Source: Gordius albopunctatus (taxonomy: Eukaryota). Taken from it: a DNA stretch of 64,000 bases. This document shows positions 12,701 through 26,820 of the stretch, piece after piece (within the stretch, counting starts at the first letter, position 1; each line of letters begins with the position of its first letter). The position numbers and the translations under genes were made by a program. Where the stretch lies: NCBI GenBank assembly GCA_964276515.1, contig OZ193910.1, positions 7,378,001 to 7,442,000 of the forward strand. The letters are read 5' to 3'. The notes beneath the pieces were generated by a model. That model was not told the origin of the DNA. It did no database searches and saw nothing but the letters and a program-made list of their open reading frames with translations.

Positions 12701-14840
12701 AGGAATTCACCTCTTATACCGGAAACTTTCATGAGAGCTATATGGTTGAACAAAAAAAATTAAAACAATTTTGAGGTCGAAAAAAATATTATTTTTCATA
12801 TTCTTTCGAAAGGGAGATGAAAAAAGAATTTTTGCGTGGGGGATGTTTGAGATTGAGAGAAATTAAAATTTTCGTATTGCGTTTAGATTGTTTCAATATC
12901 GCTTTATAAGCGTGTTTCTAGTTTTAGTGAAACAGGCTCTATGCGATCGTGATTTAGAGTTAATAATTTTTGATGACTGATCAAAAAAATATTTTTCAAG
13001 GAATTCACCTCTTATACCGAAAACTTTCATAAGAGCTATATGGTTGAACAAAAAAATTGAAAAAATTTTGAGGTCGAAAAAAATATTATTTTTCATATTC
13101 TTTCGAAAGGGAGATGAAAAAATCTTTAAAAGTTTGTAAATATTCTTAGCATTTTGTCCTTGTTAGAATCTTGATAGGAATTTATGCGTGGGAGGATGTT
13201 TTAGATTGAGAGAAATTAAAATTTTCGTGTTGCGTTTAGATTGTTTCAATATCGCTTTATAAGCGTGTCTCTAGTTTTAGTGAAACAAGCTCCATGCGAT
13301 CGTGATTTAGAGTTAATAATTTTTGATGACTGATCAAAAAAATGTTTTTCAAGGAATTCACCTCTTATACCGAAAACTTTCATAAGAGCTATATGGTTGA
13401 ACAAAAAAATTGAAAAAATTTTGAGGTCGAAAAAAATATTATTTTTCATATTCTTTCGAAAGGGAGATGAAAAAATCTTTAAAAGTTAGTAAATATTCTT
13501 AGAATTTTGTCCTTGTTAGAATCTTGATAGGAATTTATGCGTGGGAGGATGTTTTAGATTGAGAGAAATTAAAATTTAGGTGTACGTTTATATTGTTTCA
13601 ATATCGCTTTATAAGCGTGTCTCTAGTTTTAGTGAAACAAGCTCTATGCGATCGTGATTTAGAGTTAATAATTTTTGATGACTGATCAAAAAAATGTTTT
13701 TAAAGGAATTCACCTCTTATACCGAAAACTTTCATGAGAGCTATATGGTTGAACAAAAAAAATTAAAACAATTTTGAGGTCGAAAAAAATATTATTTTTC
13801 ATATTATTTCGAAAGGGAGATGAAAAAAGAATTTTTGCGTGGGGGATGTTTGAGATTGAGAGAAATTAAAATTTTCGTGTTGCGTTTAGATTGTTTCAAT
13901 ATCGCTTTATAAGCGTGTTTCTAGTTTTAGTGAAACAGGCTCTATGCGATCGTGATTTAGAGTTAATAATTTTTGATGACTGATCAAAAAAATATTTTTC
14001 AAGGAATTCACCTCTTATACCGAAAACTTTCATAAGAGCTATATTGTTGAACAAAAAAATTGAAAAAATTTTGAGGTCGAAAAAAATATTATTTTTCATA
14101 TTCTTTCGAAAGGGAGATGAAAAAATCTTTAAAAGTTTGTAAATATTCTTAGCATTTTGTCCTTGTTAGAATCTTGATAGGAATTTATGCGTGGGAGGAT
14201 GTTTTAGATTGAGAGAAATTAAAATTTTCGTGTTGCGTTTAGATTGTTTCAATATCGCTTTATAAGCGTGTCTCTAGTTTTAGTGAAACAAGCTCCATGC
14301 GATCGTGATTTAGAGTTAATAATTTTTGATGACTGATCAAAAAAATGTTTTTCAAGGAATTCACCTCTTATACCGAAAACTTTCATAAGAGCTATATGGT
14401 TGAACAAAAAAATTGAAAAAATTTTGAGGTCGAAAAAAATATTATTTTTCATATTCTTTCGAAAGGGAGATGAAAAAATCTTTAAAAGTTAGTAAATATT
14501 CTTAGAATTTTGTCCTTGTTAGAATCTTGATAGGAATTTATGCGTGGGAGGATGTTTTAGATTGAGAGAAATTAAAATTTAGGTGTACGTTTATATTGTT
14601 TCAATATCGCTTTATAAGCGTGTCTCTAGTTTTAGTGAAACAAGCTCTATGCGATCGTGATTTAGAGTTAATAATTTTTGATGACTGATCAAAAAAATGT
14701 TTTTAAAGGAATTCACCTCTTATACCGAAAACTTTCATGAGAGCTATATGGTTGAACAAAAAAAATTAAAACAATTTTGAGGTCGAAAAAAATATTATTT
14801 TTCATATTATTTCGAAAGGGAGATGAAAAAAGAATTTTTG
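9800..14840 (+). repeat. Run of long-long-short 3-mer HORs (1003-1005 bp)
   Basis: Deletion junctions fall at about 9810, 10815, 11820, 12825, 13828 and 14831. ORF spacings are 1005 (11888->12893) and 1003 (12893->13896, 13246->14249). Confidence 0.88.
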
Positions 14841-17800
14841 CGTGGGGGATGTTTGAGATTGAGAGAAATTAAAATTTTCGTGTGGCGTTTAGATTGATTC
14901 AATATCGCTTTATAAGCGTGTTTCTAGTTTTAGTGAAACAGGCTCTATGCGATCGTGATTTAGAGTTAATAATTTTTGATGACTGATCAAAAAAATATTT
15001 TTCAAGTAATTAACATTTTTTACCGAAAACTTTCATGAGAGCTATATGGTTGAACAAAAAAATTGAAAAAATTTTGAGGTCGAAAAAAATATTATTTTTC
15101 ATATTCATTCGAAAGCGAGATGAAAAAATCTTTAAAAGTTAGTAAATATTCTTAGCATTTTGTCCTTGTTAGAATCTTGATAGGAATTTATGCGTGGGAG
15201 GATGTTTTAGATTGAGAGAAATTAAAATTTAGGTGTTGCGTTTATATTGTTTCAATATCGCTTTATAAGCGTGTCTCTAGTTTTAGTGAAACAAGCTCTA
15301 TGCGATCGTGATTTAGAGTTAATAATTTTTGATGACTGATCAAAAAAATGTTTTTAAAGGAATTCACCTCTTATACCGAAAACTTTCATGAGAGCTATAT
15401 GGTTGAACAAAAAAAATTAAAACAATTTTGAGGTCAAAAAAAATATTATTTTTCATATTCTTTCGAAAGGGAGATGAAAAAAGAATTTTTGCGTGGGGGA
15501 TGTTTGAGATTGAGAGAAATTAAAATTTTCGTGTTGCGTTTAGATTGTTTCAATATCGCTTTATAAGCGTGTTTCTAGTTTTAGTGAAACAGGCTCTATG
15601 CGATCGTGATTTAGAGTTAATAATTTTTGATGACTGATCAAAAAAATATTTTTCAAGGAATTCACCTCTTATACCGAAAACTTTCATAAGAGCTATATGG
15701 TTGAACAAAAAAATTGAAAAAATTTTGAGGTCGAAAAAAATATTATTTTTCATATTCTTTCGAAAGGGATGATGAAAAAACCTTTAAAAGTTAGTAAATA
15801 CTCATAGAATTTTGTCCTTGTTAGAATCTTGATAGGAACTTTTGCGTGGGGTGATGTTTTAGATTGAGAGAAATTAAAATTTTCGTGTTGCGTTTAGATT
15901 GTTTCAATATCGCTTTATAAGCGTGTCTCTAGTTTTAGTGAAACAAGCTCCATGCGATCGTGATTTAGAGTTAATAATTTTTGATGACTGATCAAAAAAA
16001 ATGTTTTTCAAGGAATTAACATTTTTTACCGAAAACTTTCATGAGAGCTATATGGTTGAAGAAAAAATTGAAACAATTTTGAGGTCGAAAAAAATATTAT
16101 TTTTCATATTCTTTCGAAAGGGAGATGAAAAAATCTTTAGAAGTTAGTAAATATTCTTAGCATTTTGTCCTTGTTAGAATCTTGATAGGAATTTATGCGT
16201 GGGAGGATGTTTTAGATTGAGAGAAATTAAAATTTAGGTGTTGCGTTTATATTGTTTCAATATCGCTTTATAAGCGTGTCTCTAGTTTTAGTGAAACAAG
16301 CTCTATGCGATCGTGATTTAGAGTTAATAATTTTTGATGACTGATCAAAAAAATGTTTTTAAAGGAATTCACCTCTTATACCGAAAACTTTCATGAGAGC
16401 TATATGGTTGAACAAAAAAAATTAAAACAATTTTGAGGTCGAAAAAAATATTATTTTTCATATTATTTCGAAAGGGAGATGAAAAAAGAATTTTTGCGTG
16501 GGGGATGTTTGAGATTGAGAGAAATTAAAATTTTCGTGTTGCGTTTAGATTGTTTCAATATCGCTTTATAAGCGTGTTTCTAGTTTTAGTGAAACAGGCT
16601 CTATGCGATCGTGATTTAGAGTTAATAATTTTTGATGACTGATCAAAAAAATATTTTTCAAGGAATTCACCTCTTATACCGAAAACTTTCATAAGAGCTA
16701 TATGGTTGAACAAAAAAATTGAAAAAATTTTGAGGTCGAAAAAAATATTATTTTTCATATTCTTTCGAAAGGGATGATGAAAAAACCTTTAAAAGTTAGT
16801 AAATACTCATAGAATTTTGTCCTTGTTAGAATCTTGATAGGAACTTTTGCGTGGGGTGATGTTTGAGATTGAGAGAAATTAAAATTTAGGTGTACGTTTA
16901 TATTGTTTCAATATCGCTTTATAAGCGTGTCTCTAGTTTTAGTGAAACAAGCTCTATGCGATCGTGATTTAGAGTTAATAATTTTTGATGACTGATCAAA
17001 AAAATGTTTTTAAAGGAATTAACATTTTTTACCGAAAACTTTCATGAGAGCTATATGGTTGAAGAAAAAATTGAAACAATTTTGAGGTCGAAAAAAATAT
17101 TATTTTTCATATTCTTTCGAAAGGGAGATGAAAAAATCTTTAAAAGTTAGTAAATATTCTTAGCATTTTGTCCTTGTTAGAATCTTGATAGGAATTTATG
17201 CGTGGGAGGATGTTTTAGATTGAGAGAAATTAAAATTTAGGTGTTGCGTTTAGATTGTTTCAATATCGCTTTATAAGCGTGTCTCTAGTTTTAGTGAAAC
17301 AAGCTCCATGCGATCGTGATTTAGAGTTAATAATTTTTCATGACTGATCAAAAAAAATGTTTTTCAAGGAATTAACATTTTTTACCGAAAACTTTAATGA
17401 GAGCTATATGGTTGAAGAAAAAATTGAAACAATTTTGAGGTCGAAAAAAATATTATTTTTCATATTCTTTCGAAAGGGAGATGAAAAAATCTTTAAAAGT
17501 TAGTAAATATTCTTAGCATTTTGTCCTTGTTAGAATCTTGATAGGAATTTATGCGTGGGAGGATGTTTTAGATTGAGAGAAATTAAAATTTAGGTGTTGC
17601 GTTTATATTGTTTCAATATCGCTTTATAAGCGTGTCTCTAGTTTTAGTGAAACAAGGTCCATGCGATCGTGATTTAGAGTTAATAATTTTTGATGACTGA
17701 TCAAAAAAAATGTTTTTCAAGGAATTAACATTTTTTACCGAAAACTTTCATGAGAGCTATATGGTTGAACAAAAAAATTAAAAAAATTTTGAGGTCGAAA

Positions 17801-19950
17801 AAAATATTATTTTTTATATTCTTTCGAATGGGAGATGAAAAAATCCTTAAAAGTTAGTAAATATTCTTAGCATTCTGTCCTTGTTAGAATCTTGAAAGGA
17901 ATTTTTGCGTGGGGGGATGTTTTAGATTGAGAGAAATTAAAATTTTCGTGTTGCGTTTAGATTGTTTCAATATGGCTTTATAAGCGTGTCTCTAGTTTTA
18001 GTGAAACAAGGTCCATGCGATCGTGATTTAGAGTTAATAATTTTTGATGACTGATCAAAAAAATATTTTTCAAGGAATTCACCTCTTATACCGAAAACTT
18101 TCATGAGAGCTATATGGTTGAACAAAAAAATTGAAAAAATTTTGAGGTCGAAAAAAATATTATTTTTCATATTCTTTCGAAAGGGAGATGAAAAAATCTT
18201 TAAAAGTTAGTAAATATTCTTAGCATTTTGTCCTTGTTAGAATCTTGATAGGAATTTATGCGTGGGAGGATGTTTTAGATTGAGAGAAATTAAAATTTTC
18301 GTGTTGCGTTTAGATTGTTTCAATATCGCTTTATAAGCGTGTCTCTAGTTTTAGTGAAACAAGCTCCATGCGATCGTGATTTAGAGTTAATAATTTTTGA
18401 TGACTGATCAAAAAAATGTTTTTCAAGGAATTCACCTCTTATACCGAAAACTTTCATAAGAGCTATATGGTTGAACAAAAAAATTGAAAAAATTTTGAGG
18501 TCGAAAAAAATATTATTTTTCATATTCTTTCGAAAGGGAGATGAAAAAATCTTTAAAAGTTAGTAAATATTCTTAGCATTTTGTCCTTGTTAGAATCTTG
18601 ATAGGAATTTATGCGTGGGAGGATGTTTTAGATTGAGAGAAATTAAAATTTAGGTGTACGTTTATATTGTTTCAATATCGCTTTATAAGCGTGTCTCTAG
18701 TTTTAGTGAAACAAGCTCTATGCGATCGTGATTTAGAGTTAATAATTTTTGATGACTGATCAAAAAATGTTTTTAAAGGAATTAACATTTTTTACCGAAA
18801 ACTTTCATGAGAGCTATATGGTTGAAGAAAAAATTGAAACAATTTTGAGGTCGAAAAAAATATTATTTTTCATATTCTTTCGAAAGGGAGATGAAAAAAT
18901 CTTTAAAAGTTAGTAAATATTCTTAGCATTTTGTCCTTGTTAGAATCTTGATAGGAATTTATGCGTGGGAGGATGTTTTAGATTGAGAGAAATTAAAATT
19001 TTCGTGTTGCGTTTAGATTGTTTCAATATCGCTTTATAAGCGTGTCTCTAGTTTTAGTGAAACAAGCTCCATGCGATCGTGATTTAGAGTTAATAATTTT
19101 TGATGACTGATCAAAAAAATGTTTTTCAAGGAATTCACCTCTTATACCGAAAACTTTCATGAGAGCTATATGGTTGAACAAAAAAAATTAAAACAATTTT
19201 GAGGTCGAAAAAAATATTATTTTTCATATTCTTTCGAAAGGGAGATGAAAAAATCTTTAAAAGTTAGTAAATATTCTTAGCATTTTGTCCTTGTTAGAAT
19301 CTTGATAGGAATTTATGCGTGGGGGGATGTTTTAGATTGAGAGAAATTAAAATTTTCGTGTTGCGTTTAGATTGTTTCAATATGGCTTTATAAGCGTGTC
19401 TCTAGTTTTAGTGAAACAAGGTCCATGCGATCGTGATTTAGAGTTAATAATTTTTGATGACTGATCAAAAAAATGTTTTTCAAGGAATTCACCTCTTATA
19501 CCGAAAACTTTCATGAGAGCTATATGGTTGAACAAAAAAAATTAAAACAATTTTGAGGTCGAAAAAAATATTATTTTTCATATTCTTTCGAAAGGGAGAT
19601 GAAAAAATCTTTAAAAGTTAGTAAATATTCTTAGCATTTTGTCCTTGTTAGAATCTTGATAGGAATTTATGCGTGGGAGGATGTTTTAGATTGAGAGAAA
19701 TTAAAATTTAGGTGTACGTTTATATTGTTTCAATATCGCTTTATAAGCGTGTCTCTAGTTTTAGTGAAACAAGCTCTATGCGATCGTGATTTAGAGTTAA
19801 TAATTTTTGATGACTGATCAAAAAAATATTTTTAAAGGAATTCACCTCTTATACCGAAAACTTTCATGAGAGCTATATGGTTGAACAAAAAAAATTAAAA
19901 CAATTTTGAGGTCGAAAAAAATATTATTTTTCATATTCTTTCGAAAGGGA
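14810..19950 (+). repeat. ~5.1-kb block, copy 2 (offset 11507)
   Basis: Same markers as copy 1. It has private differences near 14885 and 14897, and diverges at ~19950 (GGATGATG full monomer instead of a short monomer). Confidence 0.9.
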
Positions 19951-21224
19951 TGATGAAAAAACCTTTAAAAGTTAGTAAATACTCATAGAATTTTGTCCTT
20001 GTTAGAATCTTGATAGGAACTTTTGCGTGGGGTGATGTTTTAGATTGAGAGAAATTAAAATTTTCGTGTTGCGTTTAGATTGTTTCAATATCGCTTTATA
20101 AGCGTGTCTCTAGTTTTAGTGAAACAAGCTCCATGCGATCGTGATTTAGAGTTAATAATTTTTGATGACTGATCAAAAAAAATGTTTTTCAAGGAATTAA
20201 CATTTTTTACCGAAAACTTTCATGAGAGCTATATGGTTGAAGAAAAAATTGAAACAATTTTGAGGTCGAAAAAAATATTATTTTTCATATTCTTTCGAAA
20301 GGGAGATGAAAAAATCTTTAGAAGTTAGTAAATATTCTTAGCATTTTGTCCTTGTTAGAATCTTGATAGGAATTTATGCGTGGGAGGATGTTTTAGATTG
20401 AGAGAAATTAAAATTTAGGTGTTGCGTTTATATTGTTTCAATATCGCTTTATAAGCGTGTCTCTAGTTTTAGTGAAACAAGCTCTATGCGATCGTGATTT
20501 AGAGTTAATAATTTTTGATGACTGATCAAAAAAATGTTTTTAAAGGAATTCACCTCTTATACCGAAAACTTTCATGAGAGCTATATGGTTGAACAAAAAA
20601 AATTAAAACAATTTTGAGGTCGAAAAAAATATTATTTTTCATATTATTTCGAAAGGGAGATGAAAAAAGAATTTTTGCGTGGGGGATGTTTGAGATTGAG
20701 AGAAATTAAAATTTTCGTGTTGCGTTTAGATTGTTTCAATATCGCTTTATAAGCGTGTTTCTAGTTTTAGTGAAACAGGCTCTATGCGATCGTGATTTAG
20801 AGTTAATAATTTTTGATGACTGATCAAAAAAATATTTTTCAAGGAATTCACCTCTTATACCGAAAACTTTCATAAGAGCTATATGGTTGAACAAAAAAAT
20901 TGAAAAAATTTTGAGGTCGAAAAAAATATTATTTTTCATATTCTTTCGAAAGGGATGATGAAAAAACCTTTAAAAGTTAGTAAATACTCATAGAATTTTG
21001 TCCTTGTTAGAATCTTGATAGGAACTTTTGCGTGGGGTGATGTTTGAGATTGAGAGAAATTAAAATTTAGGTGTACGTTTATATTGTTTCAATATCGCTT
21101 TATAAGCGTGTCTCTAGTTTTAGTGAAACAAGCTCTATGCGATCGTGATTTAGAGTTAATAATTTTTGATGACTGATCAAAAAAATGTTTTTAAAGGAAT
21201 TAACATTTTTTACCGAAAACTTTC

Positions 21225-24200
21225 ATGAGAGCTATATGGTTGAAGAAAAAATTGAAACAATTTTGAGGTCGAAAAAAATATTATTTTTCATATTCTTTCG
21301 AAAGGGAGATGAAAAAATCTTTAAAAGTTAGTAAATATTCTTAGCATTTTGTCCTTGTTAGAATCTTGATAGGAATTTATGCGTGGGAGGATGTTTTAGA
21401 TTGAGAGAAATTAAAATTTAGGTGTTGCGTTTATATTGTTTCAATATCGCTTTATAAGCGTGTCTCTAGTTTTAGTGAAACAAGGTCCATGCGATCGTGA
21501 TTTAGAGTTAATAATTTTTGATGACTGATCAAAAAAAATGTTTTTCAAGGAATTAACATTTTTTACCGAAAACTTTCATGAGAGCTATATGGTTGAACAA
21601 AAAAATTAAAAAAATTTTGAGGTCGAAAAAAATATTATTTTTTATATTCTTTCGAATGGGAGATGAAAAAATCCTTAAAAGTTAGTAAATATTCTTAGCA
21701 TTCTGTCCTTGTTAGAATCTTGAAAGGAATTTTTGCGTGGGGGGATGTTTTAGATTGAGAGAAATTAAAATTTTCGTGTTGCGTTTAGATTGTTTCAATA
21801 TGGCTTTATAAGCGTGTCTCTAGTTTTAGTGAAACAAGGTCCATGCGATCGTGATTTAGAGTTAATAATTTTTGATGACTGATCCAAAAAATGTTTTTCA
21901 AGGAATTCACCTCTTATACCGAAAACTTTCATGAGAGCTATATGGTTGAACAAAAAAAATTAAAACAATTTTGAGGTCGAAAAAAATATTATTTTTCATA
22001 TTCTTTCGAAAGGGAGATGAAAAAATCTTTAAAAGTTAGTAAATATTCTTAGCATTTTGTCCTTGTTAGAATCTTGATAGGAATTTATGCGTGGGAGGAT
22101 GTTTTAGATTGAGAGAAATTAAAATTTAGGTGTTGCGTTTAGATTGTTTCAATATCGCTTTATAAGCGTGTCTCTAGTTTTAGTGAAACAAGCTCTATGC
22201 GATCGTGATTTAGAGTTAATAATTTTTGATGACTGATCAAAAAAATGTTTTTAAAGGAATTCACCTCTTATACCGGAAACTTTCATGAGAGCTATATGGT
22301 TGAACAAAAAAAATTAAAACAATTTTGAGGTCGAAAAAAATATTATTTTTCATATTCTTTCGAAAGGGAGATGAAAAAAGAATTTTTGCGTGGGGGATGT
22401 TTGAGATTGAGAGAAATTAAAATTTTCGTATTGCGTTTAGATTGTTTCAATATCGCTTTATAAGCGTGTTTCTAGTTTTAGTGAAACAGGCTCTATGCGA
22501 TCGTGATTTAGAGTTAATAATTTTTGATGACTGATCAAAAAAATATTTTTCAAGGAATTCACCTCTTATACCGAAAACTTTCATAAGAGCTATATGGTTG
22601 AACAAAAAAATTGAAAAAATTTTGAGGTCGAAAAAAATATTATTTTTCATATTCTTTCGAAAGGGAGATGAAAAAATCTTTAAAAGTTTGTAAATATTCT
22701 TAGCATTTTGTCCTTGTTAGAATCTTGATAGGAATTTATGCGTGGGAGGATGTTTTAGATTGAGAGAAATTAAAATTTTCGTGTTGCGTTTAGATTGTTT
22801 CAATATCGCTTTATAAGCGTGTCTCTAGTTTTAGTGAAACAAGCTCCATGCGATCGTGATTTAGAGTTAATAATTTTTGATGACTGATCAAAAAAATGTT
22901 TTTCAAGGAATTCACCTCTTATACCGAAAACTTTCATAAGAGCTATATGGTTGAACAAAAAAATTGAAAAAATTTTGAGGTCGAAAAAAATATTATTTTT
23001 CATATTCTTTCGAAAGGGAGATGAAAAAATCTTTAAAAGTTAGTAAATATTCTTAGAATTTTGTCCTTGTTAGAATCTTGATAGGAATTTATGCGTGGGA
23101 GGATGTTTTAGATTGAGAGAAATTAAAATTTAGGTGTACGTTTATATTGTTTCAATATCGCTTTATAAGCGTGTCTCTAGTTTTAGTGAAACAAGCTCTA
23201 TGCGATCGTGATTTAGAGTTAATAATTTTTGATGACTGATCAAAAAAATGTTTTTAAAGGAATTAACATTTTTTACCGAAAACTTTCATGAGAGCTATAT
23301 GGTTGAAGAAAAAATTGAAACAATTTTGAGGTCGAAAAAAATATTATTTTTCATATTCTTTCGAAAGGGAGATGAAAAAATCTTTAAAAGTTAGTAAATA
23401 TTCTTAGCATTTTGTCCTTGTTAGAATCTTGATAGGAATTTATGCGTGGGAGGATGTTTTAGATTGAGAGAAATTAAAATTTTCGTGTTGCGTTTAGATT
23501 GTTTCAATATCGCTTTATAAGCGTGTCTCTAGTTTTAGTGAAACAAGCTCCATGCGATCGTGATTTAGAGTTAATAATTTTTGATGACTGATCAAAAAAA
23601 TGTTTTTCAAGGAATTCACCTCTTATACCGAAAACTTTCATGAGAGCTATATGGTTGAACAAAAAAAATTAAAACAATTTTGAGGTCGAAAAAAATATTA
23701 TTTTTCATATTCTTTCGAAAGGGAGATGAAAAAATCTTTAAAAGTTAGTAAATATTCTTAGCATTTTGTCCTTGTTAGAATCTTGATAGGAATTTATGCG
23801 TGGGGGGATGTTTTAGATTGAGAGAAATTAAAATTTTCGTGTTGCGTTTAGATTGTTTCAATATGGCTTTATAAGCGTGTCTCTAGTTTTAGTGAAACAA
23901 GGTCCATGCGATCGTGATTTAGAGTTAATAATTTTTGATGACTGATCAAAAAAATGTTTTTCAAGGAATTCACCTCTTATACCGAAAACTTTCATGAGAG
24001 CTATATGGTTGAACAAAAAAAATTAAAACAATTTTGAGGTCGAAAAAAATATTATTTTTCATATTCTTTCGAAAGGGAGATGAAAAAATCTTTAAAAGTT
24101 AGTAAATATTCTTAGCATTTTGTCCTTGTTAGAATCTTGATAGGAATTTATGCGTGGGAGGATGTTTTAGATTGAGAGAAATTAAAATTTAGGTGTACGT

Positions 24201-24728
24201 TTATATTGTTTCAATATCGCTTTATAAGCGTGTCTCTAGTTTTAGTGAAACAAGCTCTATGCGATCGTGATTTAGAGTTAATAATTTTTGATGACTGATC
24301 AAAAAAATATTTTTAAAGGAATTCACCTCTTATACCGAAAACTTTCATGAGAGCTATATGGTTGAACAAAAAAAATTAAAACAATTTTGAGGTCGAAAAA
24401 AATATTATTTTTCATATTCTTTCGAAAGGGAGATGAAAAAAGAATTTTTGCGTGGGGGATGTTTGAGATTGAGAGAAATTAAAATTTTCGTGTTGCGTTT
24501 AGATTGTTTCAATATCGCTTTATAAGCGTGTTTCTAGTTTTAGTGAAACAGGCTCTATGCGATCGTGATTTAGAGTTAATAATTTTTGATGACTGATCAA
24601 AAAAATATTTTTCAAGGAATTCACCTCTTATACCGAAAACTTTCATAAGAGCTATATGGTTGAACAAAAAAATTGAAAAAATTTTGAGGTCGAAAAAAAT
24701 ATTATTTTTCATATTCTTTCGAAAGGGA
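21225..24728 (+). repeat. ~3.5-kb block, copy 1 (offset 6790; copy 2 at ~28015-31518)
   Basis: ORFs at 22447, 22800 and 24509 recur at 29237, 29590 and 31299. The GATCCAAAAA, CGTATTGCG and AAGTTTGTAA alleles are shared in order. One difference is seen (ACCGGAAAC at 22276 vs ACCGAAAAC). Confidence 0.87.
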
Positions 24729-26820
24729 TGATGAAAAAACCTTTAAAAGTTAGTAAATACTCATAGAATTTTGTCCTTGTTAGAATCTTGATAGGAACTT
24801 TTGCGTGGGGTGATGTTTTAGATTGAGAGAAATTAAAATTTTCGTGTTGCGTTTAGATTGTTTCAATATCGCTTTATAAGCGTGTCTCTAGTTTTAGTGA
24901 AACAAGCTCCATGCGATCGTGATTTAGAGTTAATAATTTTTGATGACTGATCAAAAAAAATGTTTTTCAAGGAATTAACATTTTTTACCGAAAACTTTCA
25001 TGAGAGCTATATGGTTGAAGAAAAAATTGAAACAATTTTGAGGTCGAAAAAAATATTATTTTTCATATTCTTTCGAAAGGGAGATGAAAAAATCTTTAAA
25101 AGTTAGTAAATATTCTTAGCATTTTGTCCTTGTTAGAATCTTGATAGGAATTTATGCGTGGGAGGATGTTTTAGATTGAGAGAAATTAAAATTTAGGTGT
25201 TGCGTTTATATTGTTTCAATATCGCTTTATAAGCGTGTCTCTAGTTTTAGTGAAACAAGCTCTATGCGATCGTGATTTAGAGTTAATAATTTTTGATGAC
25301 TGATCAAAAAAATGTTTTTAAAGGAATTCACCTCTTATACCGAAAACTTTCATGAGAGCTATATGGTTGAACAAAAAAAATTAAAACAATTTTGAGGTCG
25401 AAAAAAATATTATTTTTCATATTATTTCGAAAGGGAGATGAAAAAAGAATTTTTGCGTGGGGGATGTTTGAGATTGAGAGAAATTAAAATTTTCGTGTTG
25501 CGTTTAGATTGTTTCAATATCGCTTTATAAGCGTGTTTCTTGTTTTAGTGAAACAGGCTCTATGCGATCGTGATTTAGAGTTAATAATTTTTGATGACTG
25601 ATCAAAAAAATATTTTTCAAGGAATTCACCTCTTATACCGAAAACTTTCATAAGAGCTATATGGTTGAACAAAAAAATTGAAAAAATTTTGAGGTCGAAA
25701 AAAATATTATTTTTCATATTCTTTCGAAAGGGATGATGAAAAAACCTTTAAAAGTTAGTAAATACTCATAGAATTTTGTCCTTGTTAGAATCTTGATAGG
25801 AACTTTTGCGTGGGGTGATGTTTTAGATTGAGAGAAATTAAAATTTTCGTGTTGCGTTTAGATTGTTTCAATATCGCTTTATAAGCGTGTCTCTAGTTTT
25901 AGTGAAACAAGCTCCATGCGATCGTGATTTAGAGTTAATAATTTTTGATGACTGATCAAAAAAAATGTTTTTCAAGGAATTAACATTTTTTACCGAAAAC
26001 TTTCATGAGAGCTATATGGTTGAAGAAAAAATTGAAACAATTTTGAGGTCGAAAAAAATATTATTTTTCATATTCTTTCGAAAGGGAGATGAAAAAATCT
26101 TTAAAAGTTAGTAAATATTCTTAGCATTTTGTCCTTGTTAGAATCTTGATAGGAATTTATGCGTGGGAGGATGTTTTAGATTGAGAGAAATTAAAATTTA
26201 GGTGTTGCGTTTATATTGTTTCAATATCGCTTTATAAGCGTGTCTCTAGTTTTAGTGAAACAAGCTCTATGCGATCGTGATTTAGAGTTAATAATTTTTG
26301 ATGACTGATCAAAAAAATGTTTTTAAAGGAATTCACCTCTTATACCGAAAACTTTCATGAGAGCTATATGGTTGAACAAAAAAAATTAAAACAATTTTGA
26401 GGTCGAAAAAAATATTATTTTTCATATTATTTCGAAAGGGAGATGAAAAAAGAATTTTTGCGTGGGGGATGTTTGAGATTGAGAGAAATTAAAATTTTCG
26501 TGTTGCGTTTAGATTGTTTCAATATCGCTTTATAAGCGTGTTTCTAGTTTTAGTGAAACAGGCTCTATGCGATCGTGATTTAGAGTTAATAATTTTTGAT
26601 GACTGATCAAAAAAATATTTTTCAAGGAATTCACCTCTTATACCGAAAACTTTCATAAGAGCTATATGGTTGAACAAAAAAATTGAAAAAATTTTGAGGT
26701 CGAAAAAAATATTATTTTTCATATTCTTTCGAAAGGGATGATGAAAAAACCTTTAAAAGTTAGTAAATACTCATAGAATTTTGTCCTTGTTAGAATCTTG
26801 ATAGGAACTTTTGCGTGGGG
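24430..26820 (+). repeat. Tandem 1005-bp 3-mer HOR (~2.4 copies)
   Basis: ORFs at 24509, 25514 and 26519 are exactly 1005 apart, with the same allele order. Confidence 0.9.
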
